Below are positions 1-9,211 of a DNA stretch of 64,000 nt, piece after piece. Within the stretch, counting starts at the first letter, position 1, and every line of letters starts with the position of its first letter. This stretch comes from a bacterium (GTDB lineage Bacteria; Auribacterota; Auribacteria; Auribacterales; Auribacteraceae). The stretch spans positions 6,287 to 70,286 of the forward strand of contig JACKPL010000010.1 of assembly GCA_024233545.1 (NCBI GenBank), read 5' to 3'. The position numbers and the translations under genes are program-made. Below the pieces are notes generated by a model. The model saw nothing but the letters and a program-made list of their open reading frames with translations, was not told the DNA's origin and searched no databases.

Positions 1-616
1 GTGAAACATCGCTTGCATTTCTCAAACTGTATACATCGTGCATGATGTGTACAGCGCATCCGATATTATTTCCAATATCTTCCCATGTATGAATATCTGT
101 TTCCGAAGTACCGCTCAGGCGAGCGCCTGTTGCTGTAACGAATCCGAACCATGAGGCGGTTTCGCGCTGTATAATCGTTTCGTATTCAGGCAGTGTGGGG
201 AAAGAAGTTTTTAGATGGGCAATCCGTCCTTCTATGGCAAGTTCGAGCGCACAAGTAGCGTGATGTAAAATTCTTGTATGGTTTATTTCTGATAAGCTTT
301 GTAATCCTTTGATTATCAGAAGAGAGTTAATCTCCTTAAAAAGTAGATTATCGGTTTTGTGATTCTTCCTGTTGATTCCTAATGCGATAATTTCGGCCGC
401 ACCTGCGGCTTTTATATGATTGTTAGTAATTGTCCCCGCGTTTTTTGCGGCATGGAAAAGTAAACATGCATAGGGGAGTTCGCGGAATGTTTGTATGAGC
501 GGTTGTGTAAAGGATTGAATATCATTGGAGGTGTCTCCTATGATTTTTTGCAAAACATCATTTGTCTGATTGAGCTCGTTTAAAATGGGCTTCTTGAATT
601 GTTCAGGTATATTCAT
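1..616 (-). CDS. polyprenyl diphosphate synthase-like protein, 5' part only (about 205 codons; 3' end beyond window start)
   Basis: Absent from the ORF track because it runs off the edge. Reverse-strand ATG at 616-614, open to nt 1: MNIPEQFKKPILNELNQTNDVLQKIIGD... The order of blocks (ACLLFHAAKNAG, AAGAAEIIALG, EYETIIQRETASWFGFVTATGARLSG, WEDIGNNIGCAVHIMHDVYSL) parallels trans-isoprenyl diphosphate synthases. Both Asp-rich motif positions are degenerate. Confidence 0.4.
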   Translation of the reverse strand, partial: MNIPEQFKKPILNELNQTNDVLQKIIGDTSNDIQSFTQPLIQTFRELPYACLLFHAAKNAGTITNNHIKAAGAAEIIALGINRKNHKTDNLLFKEINSLLIIKGLQSLSEINHTRILHHATCALELAIEGRIAHLKTSFPTLPEYETIIQRETASWFGFVTATGARLSGTSETDIHTWEDIGNNIGCAVHIMHDVYSLRNASDVS

Positions 617-718
617 GATATCAAACTTCCGGTTATATATGGACAATGAGGAGATAAAAGGTATAGTATATCACGAATCTCAAACAGAAAAGGAAAAAGT
701 TTGTGAGGAGACCGCACG

Positions 719-1753
719 ATGTCAAATACTAAAATAATGCAATGGAAACTGTTAGTGTTTTGTCTGGTGCTTTTAGTCATCTTTCTTGTTCGCGGAGTAT
801 TCAATTCGCATGATGAGCAGACGCTCAAAGAGATGCGTATCATAATGGGGACAATGGTAACAATTACGGCACACCATCATGATGTCGGAGTGCTTTCCAA
901 TGCGATAGACGCCGCTTTTAAAAGAATCAATCAAATTGATGCCCTTATGTCGACCTACAAAGAGGAAAGTGAATTATCGTTATTAAATAAAGCTAAAAAA
1001 CCCGGCAGGTATCCGGTATCGAATGATTTATGGAATGTGCTGGAGCTTGCAGGCCGGATGTATCAGCAAACCGATGGCGTTTTTGATGTAACAGTGAAAC
1101 CATTATGGGATGTTTGGCAATTAGCCGCCGATACAAACAAAATGCCCTTAAAGAGCGAAATTGAGAAAATTCTGGATGGCATCGGTTGGCGGCATATTAA
1201 ACTCCATTCTGATTCTAAGGAAATTGAGTTTGTGAGCGAATCCTGTATGATTGTTCTTGGAGGAATAGCAAAAGGGTATGCGGTTGATGTTGCGATCGAA
1301 GCGTTGCGGGATAATGGCGTACAAAATTGTCTTGTCGATGCGGGGGGAGATATTTTTTGTTCAGGTGTTGCTCCTGATGGAAAACCGTGGAAAATTGGCG
1401 TCAGGAACCCGTTCCGCACAGATTCATTGAGCGATACGGTGCGGCTGAAGGATATGGCAGTTGTTACTTCAGGAAATTATGAAAGAATGTTTGAAGTTGA
1501 AAACCAAAAATTTTCTCAGATAATAGACCCTCGCACAGGTTATCCTACTATTGATATAGCAAGCGTAACAATTATTGCGCCGAATACTGCTGTCGCAGAT
1601 GCGCTTGCTACTGCGCTGATGGTAATGGACACACATTCCGGAATTGCACTTATTAACCGCATGTCTGATACTGAAGCTCTTATAATATCTACAGTAAATG
1701 GTGAAAAAAAAGTCATTTCTTCCGATGGTTTCTCCACATATGAAAGTAAATAA
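719..1753 (+). CDS. apbE: FAD:protein FMN transferase (ApbE family), membrane-anchored or lipoprotein-like
   Basis: 344 aa with an N-terminal hydrophobic anchor (LLVFCLVLLVIFLV). ApbE hallmarks present: MGTMVTIT, SELSLLNK, GGIAKGYAVD, VVTSGNYERMF, IIDPRTGYP. Confidence 0.9.
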   Translation: MSNTKIMQWKLLVFCLVLLVIFLVRGVFNSHDEQTLKEMRIIMGTMVTITAHHHDVGVLSNAIDAAFKRINQIDALMSTYKEESELSLLNKAKKPGRYPVSNDLWNVLELAGRMYQQTDGVFDVTVKPLWDVWQLAADTNKMPLKSEIEKILDGIGWRHIKLHSDSKEIEFVSESCMIVLGGIAKGYAVDVAIEALRDNGVQNCLVDAGGDIFCSGVAPDGKPWKIGVRNPFRTDSLSDTVRLKDMAVVTSGNYERMFEVENQKFSQIIDPRTGYPTIDIASVTIIAPNTAVADALATALMVMDTHSGIALINRMSDTEALIISTVNGEKKVISSDGFSTYESK

Positions 1754-1897
1754 ATGCTAAAAACGTTGTGTTAATGAAATTTTTGCCGGTAAGAATGGGC
1801 ACAATATTTTTACTTCGGTTAGTTTTTGCATCGCAGAAACCATATATACGAGGTATATTCCTTTTTTGTTTCAAAATAATTATCAAGAATGGTGTTT

Positions 1898-1913
1898 GGG
1901 TATGGATATTGCT
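1898..1913 (+). promoter_or_regulatory. candidate sigma54 (-24/-12) promoter upstream of flgB (weak)
   Basis: GGGTAT-GGATA-TTGCT. GG-N10-GC spacing is correct and the -12 TTGCT is perfect, but the -24 is only gGGtAt. It lies 44 nt upstream of the flgB ATG. Confidence 0.3.
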
Positions 1914-1956
1914 TAAAATACTAACGGCTTGAATTATGCAATGAGGTGATAACACA

Positions 1957-2322
1957 ATGCTTGAAATGTTTAACGATGAAAATCATATCTTATTGAAAAA
2001 GATGCTTGATATAAGTACTGAGCGGCATCGAGTGGTTTCCCATAATATAGCAAATGTCAACACGCCCGGTTTCAACCGTGCGGATATAAAGTTTGAAGAC
2101 GAACTAAAAACAGCCCTTGAAGGGGATAGCGGGCTTATTGCCGACTTGCCGATTAAAAGTGTAAAAACAAGTGATACACCGCTTCGCCATGACGGCAACA
2201 ATGTCGATTTAAATAAAGAACTGGCGATTGTCGCACAGAATACGATTATGTATAATCTCTATATACAGTTTATGCACAAGAGGTTCAATTCTTTGGAACA
2301 GGCTATGCAAGGGCCGCAATAA
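1957..2322 (+). CDS. flgB: flagellar basal-body rod protein FlgB
   Basis: 121 aa with the N-terminal rod-family motif HNIANVNTPGF. RBS GAGGTGA upstream. First gene of the flgB-flgC-fliE triad. Confidence 0.9.
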   Translation: MLEMFNDENHILLKKMLDISTERHRVVSHNIANVNTPGFNRADIKFEDELKTALEGDSGLIADLPIKSVKTSDTPLRHDGNNVDLNKELAIVAQNTIMYNLYIQFMHKRFNSLEQAMQGPQ

Positions 2323-2335
2323 AGGAGTGTAACCG

Positions 2336-2746
2336 ATGTTTTCATCTCTTGATATCAGCGCTTCCGGATTATCAGCTGAGCAAACGAGGATGAGTGTTAT
2401 CGCAAATAATTTGGCGAATGCGCATACCACATCTCCCGATGGAATGCCGTACAAACGCAAACTGGTGTTGTTTAGTGAAGTCCTTGATGAGACAATAGAA
2501 AATAGTTCCATGCCGTTTGGCGGTGTCGGAATAGATAAAATTGTCGAAAGCAAAACTCCGTATGAAATGGTTTATGATCCGTCGCACCCTCATGCTGATA
2601 CGGATGGGTATGTTCAGTATCCTAATGTCAATCCAGTGGAAGAGATGGTAGATATGATTACTGCTTCTCGAGCATATGAAGCAAATATCGCCGCGTTTAA
2701 TGCGGCAAAAACAATGATGAGCAAAGCCCTTGAACTCGGCCAATAG
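2336..2746 (+). CDS. flgC: flagellar basal-body rod protein FlgC
   Basis: 136 aa. N-terminal SGLSAEQTRMSVIANNLANAHTT and C-terminal EEMVDMITASRAYEANI are rod/hook family signatures. Confidence 0.95.
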   Translation: MFSSLDISASGLSAEQTRMSVIANNLANAHTTSPDGMPYKRKLVLFSEVLDETIENSSMPFGGVGIDKIVESKTPYEMVYDPSHPHADTDGYVQYPNVNPVEEMVDMITASRAYEANIAAFNAAKTMMSKALELGQ

Positions 2747-2757
2747 GAGTGTGACAT

Positions 2758-3081
2758 ATGTCGGATTTGAATTCCATTCAGCCTGTTAGCCCAATAAAAA
2801 TACCTGAAATACCTTCCATTGACAGCATATCGCCGACAAAACTTGATGTGCCTCAAGGGACTCCTAAATTTGGGAAAATTCTTGCCGGATATATCGATGA
2901 TGTGAGCAAATTACAGCATGGCGCAAATGAATCGCTTCAAAAGCTGGCAACAGGAGAAATCAAAGATGTCCATCAAGTGATGGTTGCAATGAACGAAGCT
3001 GGCGTTGCGTTTAAACTTATGATGGAAATCCGTAATAAATTAGTTCAAGCCTATAAAGAAATCATTAAAACTCCCGTATAA
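2758..3081 (+). CDS. fliE: flagellar hook-basal body complex protein FliE
   Basis: 107 aa with C-terminal VMVAMNEAGVAFKLMMEIRNKLVQAYKEI typical of FliE. Position directly after flgC. Confidence 0.9.
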   Translation: MSDLNSIQPVSPIKIPEIPSIDSISPTKLDVPQGTPKFGKILAGYIDDVSKLQHGANESLQKLATGEIKDVHQVMVAMNEAGVAFKLMMEIRNKLVQAYKEIIKTPV

Positions 3082-3164
3082 TTTTTATTCAATATCAGTA
3101 CGCTGTACTGAAGCGCGTGTTACTATTTGCGCCAGTGCATTGTATGAAAAATACACACCTATTT

Positions 3165-3203
3165 TAAGATGGAAAATACGTACTCATCTTACGCTTTTTT
3201 TTT
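3165..3203 (+). terminator. possible weak intrinsic terminator after fliE
   Basis: 7-bp AT-rich stem TAAGATG/CATCTTA (3165-3171 / 3185-3191), 13-nt loop, then CGC plus a T9 run (3195-3203). It starts 84 nt after the fliE stop. The stem is weak. Confidence 0.3.
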
Positions 3204-3263
3204 GATGCCCGAAATAAGTGTCTCAATGAAAATATTGCACTATTATTCACTCAATAGTAGGCA

Positions 3264-3279
3264 TGGTATAGAAAATGCT
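3264..3279 (+). promoter_or_regulatory. candidate sigma54 (-24/-12) promoter upstream of fliF (weak)
   Basis: TGGTAT-AGAAA-ATGCT with correct GG-N10-GC spacing. It lies 72 nt upstream of the fliF GTG, inside an unusually long 269-bp fliE-fliF gap. Confidence 0.3.
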
Positions 3280-3350
3280 GAAACAATCTTCTGATATTAC
3301 GCAAATTCTATAGAACAAATAAGGCATCTTATGCATCATGAGGAGGAAGA

Positions 3351-4940
3351 GTGAAACCGTATTTAACTGAGTATATAGAATATCTCAGAGATATATGGGG
3401 TAAACTTGGTATTAACCAACGTGTATCGCTGGGTATCATTATTGCTGTTATTATAAGTGTTTTTGCTGGTTTGATTTTATGGGCAAAACGCCCGGATTTT
3501 GCATTGCTCTATTCCCGGCTTGAACAGCAAGATGCCGCGGCAATTATTGAACGCCTTCGTGATGAGAATGTGCCGTACTCGTTAAAAAATGGGGGGAGTA
3601 CTGTGTATGTCCCGTCCGATCGTGTATATGACCTGCGCCTGCAATTTGCCGGTGAAGGTGTTCCTCGCTCCAAAGGTATCGGGTTCGAAATATTTGATAA
3701 GGTCAATTTCGGTATTACCGATTTTGTACAGCGGATGAATTATATCCGCGCGATTCAAGGAGAAATCGGCAGAACGATTGCCCAAATTGAAGAAGTTGTT
3801 TCAGCACGTGTGCATATTGTAATGCCAGAAACCGAGTTGTTTGAAGAGAACCAAAAACACACCACTGCTTCAATTGCCCTTACCATGCGTCCGGGAGCGG
3901 TTCTCGATACTCAACAGATAAATGCAATCCGTTATCTTACGTCTACTGCTGTTGAAGGGCTCGATCCCAAACATATTACTATTATTGACCAATACGGCAA
4001 TATGCTTTCAAAAATCATTGGCGGTTCAGATTCGGAATTGCTGAGTGATAATCAATTAAGCGTCAAGAAAAACGTCGAAATGTATCTTTCTACAAAAGTG
4101 CAGTCGATGCTTGAAGGCGCGTTGGGAGTGAACAATGCAATTGTACGGGTAAACGCCGAATTAAATTTCGAACAGATTGAAGTTACCGAGGAAAAATTTA
4201 ATCCTGAAAGTGCTGTCGTTCGAACAGAGCAGATAAGTTCAGAAAAAAGCCATGGGCGCTCCGATTCTGCCGGCCCAGCCGGGACAGCATCGAATCTGGA
4301 TGAAGAAGCAGAACGGTATTCCGGCGGCGAAGAGAATTCCAATCAAAAAGAAACGGTCAAAAATACCTATGAAATTGATAGAAGCATACAAAAAATCATT
4401 CAGACAGTCGGTGATATTAAAAGGCTCTCGGCCGCAGTGTTCATTCGCAAGAATCAAGATGCAAACGGTACTTTAGTAGATCGCGATCCGCAGGAGCTGA
4501 ACCAGCTTGAAGATATCATTAAAAATGCACTCGGATTTAATCTCAAAAGAAATGATTCTGTTGTGGTAAAAGAGATTATTTTTAATGAAACTGACAAGCA
4601 ATCTCAGCAGATCGAATTGGAAAAAGTAAAACATCGTGAATTTATTATTATGATAGTAAAAAATGCGTCGGTTGTTGTGCTCATTATAGTGTTGCTTATT
4701 GTTTTTGGGCAGTTATTCAAAAAAACCCGTATTGATGAAGGTTCTGGAAAACGTTTAATTAAAGGGGTTCCCGGCGAAGTGGAAGAAGATTTTTCGCTTG
4801 AAGACTTAGAATTGCCCAGCGGAAATCTTGCATTGCGCAAGAAATCAATGATTTATCATAATGCAATTACAAAAATTGCTCAGGAACATCCTGATAGTAT
4901 TGTTCAGATTCTCAAAGGGTGGTTGACGGAAAAACGGTAA
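3351..4940 (+). CDS. fliF: flagellar MS-ring protein FliF
   Basis: GTG start, 529 aa. N-terminal TM (IIAVIISVFAGLILWA), YscJ/FliF ring region (YSRLEQQDAAAIIERLRDENVPY), second TM near the C-terminus (ASVVVLIIVLLIVFG) and a cytoplasmic tail. Confidence 0.95.
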   Translation: MKPYLTEYIEYLRDIWGKLGINQRVSLGIIIAVIISVFAGLILWAKRPDFALLYSRLEQQDAAAIIERLRDENVPYSLKNGGSTVYVPSDRVYDLRLQFAGEGVPRSKGIGFEIFDKVNFGITDFVQRMNYIRAIQGEIGRTIAQIEEVVSARVHIVMPETELFEENQKHTTASIALTMRPGAVLDTQQINAIRYLTSTAVEGLDPKHITIIDQYGNMLSKIIGGSDSELLSDNQLSVKKNVEMYLSTKVQSMLEGALGVNNAIVRVNAELNFEQIEVTEEKFNPESAVVRTEQISSEKSHGRSDSAGPAGTASNLDEEAERYSGGEENSNQKETVKNTYEIDRSIQKIIQTVGDIKRLSAAVFIRKNQDANGTLVDRDPQELNQLEDIIKNALGFNLKRNDSVVVKEIIFNETDKQSQQIELEKVKHREFIIMIVKNASVVVLIIVLLIVFGQLFKKTRIDEGSGKRLIKGVPGEVEEDFSLEDLELPSGNLALRKKSMIYHNAITKIAQEHPDSIVQILKGWLTEKR

Positions 4941-4972
4941 TAGTTTTCTTTCTAATACAGGGTAATAACTCA

Positions 4973-5980
4973 ATGGCAAAACTAACAAATATTCAAAAAG
5001 CGGCAATTCTGTTGATTTCACTCGGACCGAGGGCGGCGGCAGGAATTTTTAAAGAACTGAGCGAAGATGAGATAGAAAAAATCACGGTTGAAATATCTCG
5101 GCTAAAACATATACCTCGCGATTCTAGATTAGAAGTTTTCGAAGAAGCCTATCAGCTCAATATGGCAAACGATTGTATTGCCAAAGGTGGCGAAAACTAC
5201 GCAAAAATTGTTCTGGAAGAATCATTAGGAGAGGAAAAAGCCGGCCAGATTCTTGAAAAAGTCCGTTTGCAGATTGGCATTGCCGGCCCGTTTAAAGCAT
5301 TGGATAATATTGATTCCAATCAATTAAGCAATTTTCTCCAGCAAGAACATCCGCAAACAGTTTCTTTAATTCTTGCGCATCTTGATCCGGAAAAAGCGGC
5401 TGAGCTTTTAAGCGGCTTGCCGGAAGAAATGAAAGCGGATGTGATTATCCGAATGGCAACCATGACGCAAACGTCCCCTGAAGTGATTGATCAGATTGAG
5501 CGCGTAATAAAGGAAAAATTGGTAAATACATTTAATACCAATTTAAGCGCAATAGGCGGTACAAAAGCAGTTGCGGAGGTACTCAATTTTGTTGATCGTG
5601 CAACAGAAAAAAATATTATGGAAACGCTAATTGAGACAGAACAAGAATTAGCTGAAGAGATTAAGAAATTAATGTTCGTTTTTGAAGACATTATTCATGT
5701 CGAAGACCGGTCTATGCAGAAAGTTCTTAAAGAGGTTGATTCAAATGAAATTAGCGTTGCGTTGAAAGCGGCGAGCGAAGAAGTTAAAAATAAGATTTTC
5801 AAAAATATGTCTGCACGCGCCTCTGAAATGATCAAAGAGGAACTGGAATTTATGGGGCCGATCAAGTTGTCTATCGTTGAAGAGGCTCAGCAGAAAATCG
5901 TGAATATTGTTCGCCGTCTTGAAGAAGAAGGAGAAATAACGATTGCCGGCAGAGGAGGCGATGATGATCTCCTCGTCTAA
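4973..5980 (+). CDS. fliG: flagellar motor switch protein FliG
   Basis: MAKLTNIQKAAILLISLG, EHPQTVSLILAHL and MFVFEDI blocks. I prefer ATG 4973 to the track start 4919, which adds 18 implausible codons overlapping fliF. Confidence 0.95.
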   Translation: MAKLTNIQKAAILLISLGPRAAAGIFKELSEDEIEKITVEISRLKHIPRDSRLEVFEEAYQLNMANDCIAKGGENYAKIVLEESLGEEKAGQILEKVRLQIGIAGPFKALDNIDSNQLSNFLQQEHPQTVSLILAHLDPEKAAELLSGLPEEMKADVIIRMATMTQTSPEVIDQIERVIKEKLVNTFNTNLSAIGGTKAVAEVLNFVDRATEKNIMETLIETEQELAEEIKKLMFVFEDIIHVEDRSMQKVLKEVDSNEISVALKAASEEVKNKIFKNMSARASEMIKEELEFMGPIKLSIVEEAQQKIVNIVRRLEEEGEITIAGRGGDDDLLV

Positions 5981-6602
5981 AGTAATCAAATTACCGGGCA
6001 GTCTCAAGCAAATCAATGCGGTGTCTGATAAAGTAAACAAATATTTACAGGATGAAGAATTAAAAAAAGTTATCGAACAAAAAATTGAACGTGTTCAAAA
6101 AAAAGCATATGAAGAAGGATTCGCAAAAGGACTTGAGCAAGGAAAACATGAGGGTAAACAACGGTATGAAGCGGCAATTCAAACAGTTAAGGCAATAGTA
6201 GATGAGATGAATGCCTATATCGATACGTTCCACAAAGAAATGGAGCAGGAAAATATATCATTGGCGTTCGCATTGAGTAAAAAAATAATACGCAAGGAAC
6301 TTTCAGCGGCACAAGAACTATCACAGATTATTCGTGATACTTTCCATAAGATACCCGAGAAGAGAGGCATACTCATTAGGCTTCATCAATCGTCCCAAAA
6401 ACATATCGATGAGCTGAAAAAAGAGTTAGAGAACCATAATGTCCCTCTCGATCAGATAGAAATTGAAACGGATGCTTCCGTCGAACAAGGAGGATGCTAT
6501 ATAGAAACTGATAGCGCTGTTGTCGACGGAAGGATTGAGACTATTGTATTAGAAGTAGAAAAACGCCTTCAGGAATTAGCCCAATGGGAACCGAACAGTT
6601 AA
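5943..6602 (+). CDS. fliH: flagellar export apparatus protein FliH
   Basis: 219 aa with a charged coiled-coil N-half and a C-terminal FliH/YscL-like block (GGCYIETDSAVVDGRIET). Sits between fliG and fliI. Start uncertain: 5943, or the ATGs at 5961/5964. Confidence 0.8.
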   Translation: MPAEEAMMISSSKVIKLPGSLKQINAVSDKVNKYLQDEELKKVIEQKIERVQKKAYEEGFAKGLEQGKHEGKQRYEAAIQTVKAIVDEMNAYIDTFHKEMEQENISLAFALSKKIIRKELSAAQELSQIIRDTFHKIPEKRGILIRLHQSSQKHIDELKKELENHNVPLDQIEIETDASVEQGGCYIETDSAVVDGRIETIVLEVEKRLQELAQWEPNS

Positions 6603-7948
6603 ACGCGCATATCAATGAGACTGCCATAAAATATGCCTTTATTAAAAGAAATATTGCGGCGTTTGACCCGCTCAAACAAAAAGGCAAAATCTGTAAAATT
6701 GTTGGGCTGGTTATAGAATCAACCGGTCCGAAAGCAAGTATAGGTGATATGTGCATTATCGAGAAACGAGGGGATGGAAAACGAATTATCGCTGAGGTAG
6801 TTGGCTTAAAAGAGAATCATGTCCTGCTTATGCCGCTGACCGATATTGCAGGAGTAACATGCGGTGATTTAGTAAACCCGATCGGGTTGCCGTTTGAGGT
6901 GCCGGCCGGCATAGGGTTATTGGGAAGAATTATCGATGGGTTGGGTAATCCGATTGATGGGAAAGGGGAACTCAAATTCAGCACAAAATATCCTCTGTGC
7001 AATATGCCGCCAAATCCAATGGAACGGCAAACAATACATGAACCTATAGGGACAGGCATTAAATCCATCGATGGGCTCCTTACCATTGGTAAAGGGCAAC
7101 GCATGGGTATTTTTGCTGGAAGCGGAGTGGGGAAAAGTATGCTTTTAGGCATGATAGCTCGGTTTTCCGAAGCAGATGTCAACGTGATCGCTCTTATTGG
7201 GGAACGCGGCAGAGAACTTCGCGAGTTTATTGAAAAAAGTTTATGTGAAGAAGGGTTACGCAAGTCTGTAGTTGTCGTTGCCACATCTGACCAATCGCCG
7301 CTTATCCGTTTAAAAGGCGCATTTATTGCCCATGCAATTGCTGAATATTTTCGTGACCAAGGTATGAATGTCATGTTCATGATGGATTCACTTACCCGTT
7401 TTGCTATGGCACAGCGGGAAATCGGCCTTTCAATTGGTGAGCCGCCTACGACTAAAGGGTACACGCCGTCAGTTTTTTCGCTTCTTCCTGCTTTGCTTGA
7501 ACGGTCGGGGCCCGGAAAGAATGGTAGCGGTACCATAACAGGATTGTATACTGTTCTTGTTGAAGGAGACGATTTTAACGAACCGATTTCAGATGCGGTG
7601 CGTGCGATCCTTGACGGGCATATTGTGCTATCCCGTGAATTAGCGGCGTCGAATCATTATCCGGCAATAGACGTATTGAATAGCCTGAGCAGATTATTTA
7701 CCGAAATCACACCTCCCGAACACATGAGGGCGGCAGGTGTGCTGAGAGATACGCTTGCAACATATAAAAAGGCAGAAGATTTAATCAATATTGGTGCGTA
7801 TGTGAAAGGAAGCAACCCTAAAATTGATTTCGCAATAAAAAATTTTGAACGCATTCAAAGTTTTCTAAAACAGAGTTATACATTGAACTCAGCGTTTGCG
7901 GAAAACCAGCAAATGCTTATTCGGTTATTCAACACAACTGCACAATAA
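6584..7948 (+). CDS. fliI: flagellum-specific T3SS ATPase FliI
   Basis: 454 aa. Walker A GSGVGKS and Walker B region MFMMDSLTR; F1/T3SS ATPase family throughout. Confidence 0.97.
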   Translation: MGTEQLNAHINETAIKYAFIKRNIAAFDPLKQKGKICKIVGLVIESTGPKASIGDMCIIEKRGDGKRIIAEVVGLKENHVLLMPLTDIAGVTCGDLVNPIGLPFEVPAGIGLLGRIIDGLGNPIDGKGELKFSTKYPLCNMPPNPMERQTIHEPIGTGIKSIDGLLTIGKGQRMGIFAGSGVGKSMLLGMIARFSEADVNVIALIGERGRELREFIEKSLCEEGLRKSVVVVATSDQSPLIRLKGAFIAHAIAEYFRDQGMNVMFMMDSLTRFAMAQREIGLSIGEPPTTKGYTPSVFSLLPALLERSGPGKNGSGTITGLYTVLVEGDDFNEPISDAVRAILDGHIVLSRELAASNHYPAIDVLNSLSRLFTEITPPEHMRAAGVLRDTLATYKKAEDLINIGAYVKGSNPKIDFAIKNFERIQSFLKQSYTLNSAFAENQQMLIRLFNTTAQ

Positions 7949-7949
7949 A

Positions 7950-8414
7950 ATGGTGGTTATAATGTTCAAAAAATTTTCTTTTAAACTGCAAAATGTACTT
8001 AATTTGAAAACAATGCTCGAAGAAAAAGCTGAAAAAGCGTTTTCAACAGCAATAATTGAATTCGAAAGAGAACGGTCTTTATTAACAGAAATGGAAAAAA
8101 AAGTTCGAGAAAAACAGGTTGAATTAAAAGCGCTTGCTACTAAACCGTTTTCTTCTGCTCATGCCCTTCAATTTGAGCAGTTTATTGAAAAACTCGATAG
8201 AGAGATAATTAAACAAATAAAAAAAATAGAACACGCAGAAAAAAACGTTGAAATTAAGCGGCTTCATTTGCTTGAAGCAACCAAAGACAAAAAAATTATT
8301 GAAAAACTCTGCGAAAAAGAATTTGAAAAGTATTCGAAGGAAATAAACCTTCTGGAACGCAATGTGTTAAATGACATAGCGGTAACACGTTATTATCGAA
8401 ATACTATGAAATAA
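7950..8414 (+). CDS. fliJ: flagellar export chaperone/stalk protein FliJ
   Basis: About 150-aa all-coiled-coil protein immediately after fliI. I prefer ATG 7950 (or 7962) to the track start 7896, which overlaps the fliI 3' end. Confidence 0.75.
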   Translation: MVVIMFKKFSFKLQNVLNLKTMLEEKAEKAFSTAIIEFERERSLLTEMEKKVREKQVELKALATKPFSSAHALQFEQFIEKLDREIIKQIKKIEHAEKNVEIKRLHLLEATKDKKIIEKLCEKEFEKYSKEINLLERNVLNDIAVTRYYRNTMK

Positions 8415-8426
8415 GGTAAAAAACGA

Positions 8427-9032
8427 ATGATGCCTAAGAATTATTCGCGGTCAAACGGGAATGTTTTATTTTTAATGCTTATTTTTTTGTGCAGTATTAT
8501 TCTTGCGGCAATTGTTGTTTTTGGAATTATAATGATTAAACAAAATCAATCGCGGGACACTCAGAATACTCATGAGGTGCAAACGCAAAATACTGCATAT
8601 TTAGAATATAGTGCAATGATGGATCAGTTACAGGATAAAAGTAAACTTCTTCAAGATAAAGAGAATGAGCTGGCGCTCCAAGCATCGCGCATTAAAAAGC
8701 TTGAGTCAGAGCTTCTTGCGACTCGGAGTGAACTGGAAAAGATTCAGCGTGAAACTCAGGAACAATTTTCTCTTCTCCAAGAGAGCGAAAAAAAGAATTT
8801 AAAAAAACTTGCCAAGGTCTATGCTCTTATGGAACCTGTCCAAGCCGCTCCGATTTTATCAGCGCTTGATGATGATACAATAATCAATATTCTTACCTTA
8901 ATGAAGGAACGGAATGCGGCTCGCCTGCTTGGCGGGTTTGCCGCACAGAATCCTGAAATGCAAAAACGTGCCGCTCTCATAAGCGAAAAGATGCGTTCGC
9001 TCGCGACCACAACAACTTCCTCAGCACAATGA
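8427..9032 (+). CDS. YlxF/MotE-like flagellar protein (TM + coiled coil + MgtE_N-like helical repeat)
   Basis: N-terminal TM (VLFLMLIFLCSIILAAIVVFGIIMI), a coiled coil, and C-terminal PVQAAPILSALDDDTIINILTLMKERNAARLL. Same position as B. subtilis ylxF between fliJ and fliK. Confidence 0.6.
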   Translation: MMPKNYSRSNGNVLFLMLIFLCSIILAAIVVFGIIMIKQNQSRDTQNTHEVQTQNTAYLEYSAMMDQLQDKSKLLQDKENELALQASRIKKLESELLATRSELEKIQRETQEQFSLLQESEKKNLKKLAKVYALMEPVQAAPILSALDDDTIINILTLMKERNAARLLGGFAAQNPEMQKRAALISEKMRSLATTTTSSAQ

Positions 9033-9211
9033 TTTTCTTGTGTGCCGATAGGTATTTTAAAACTTGTCCTTCATACGTGTGCCTCGTTAATTTCTATGGT
9101 ATATAACGTATTAGAAATAAATGATTTGAGCTAGTGGAATTAATTTCTTTATTGAGGAAAATTTTGCATATCCTTTCTCGGCGCATTGTTTAATTTAAGC
9201 TCAGATGTGCG

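Noticed and set aside
613-843. 76-aa minus-strand ORF overlapping the apbE start
   Set aside because: Overlaps the 5' end of the well-supported apbE gene in antisense. It has no recognisable features, and the real minus-strand gene starts at 616 in a different phase.
4919-4972. Upstream extensions of track ORFs (fliG from 4919, fliJ from 7896, motB from 14500)
   Set aside because: The extensions overlap the preceding gene and add non-conserved residues. Internal ATGs (4973, 7950/7962, 14527) give canonical N-termini and sensible spacing.
6817-7536. 239-aa ORF on the minus strand
   Set aside because: Entirely antisense to the highly conserved fliI ATPase gene. The translation is Pro/Ser/Arg-rich shadow-frame sequence with no motifs. 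It is a typical antisense artefact.
9044-9051. GCCGATAG, a sigma28-like -10 element in the ylxF-fliK gap
   Set aside because: There is no TAAA at the required 15-nt spacing (9024-9027 reads GCAC). The gap instead holds a near-consensus sigma54 promoter.
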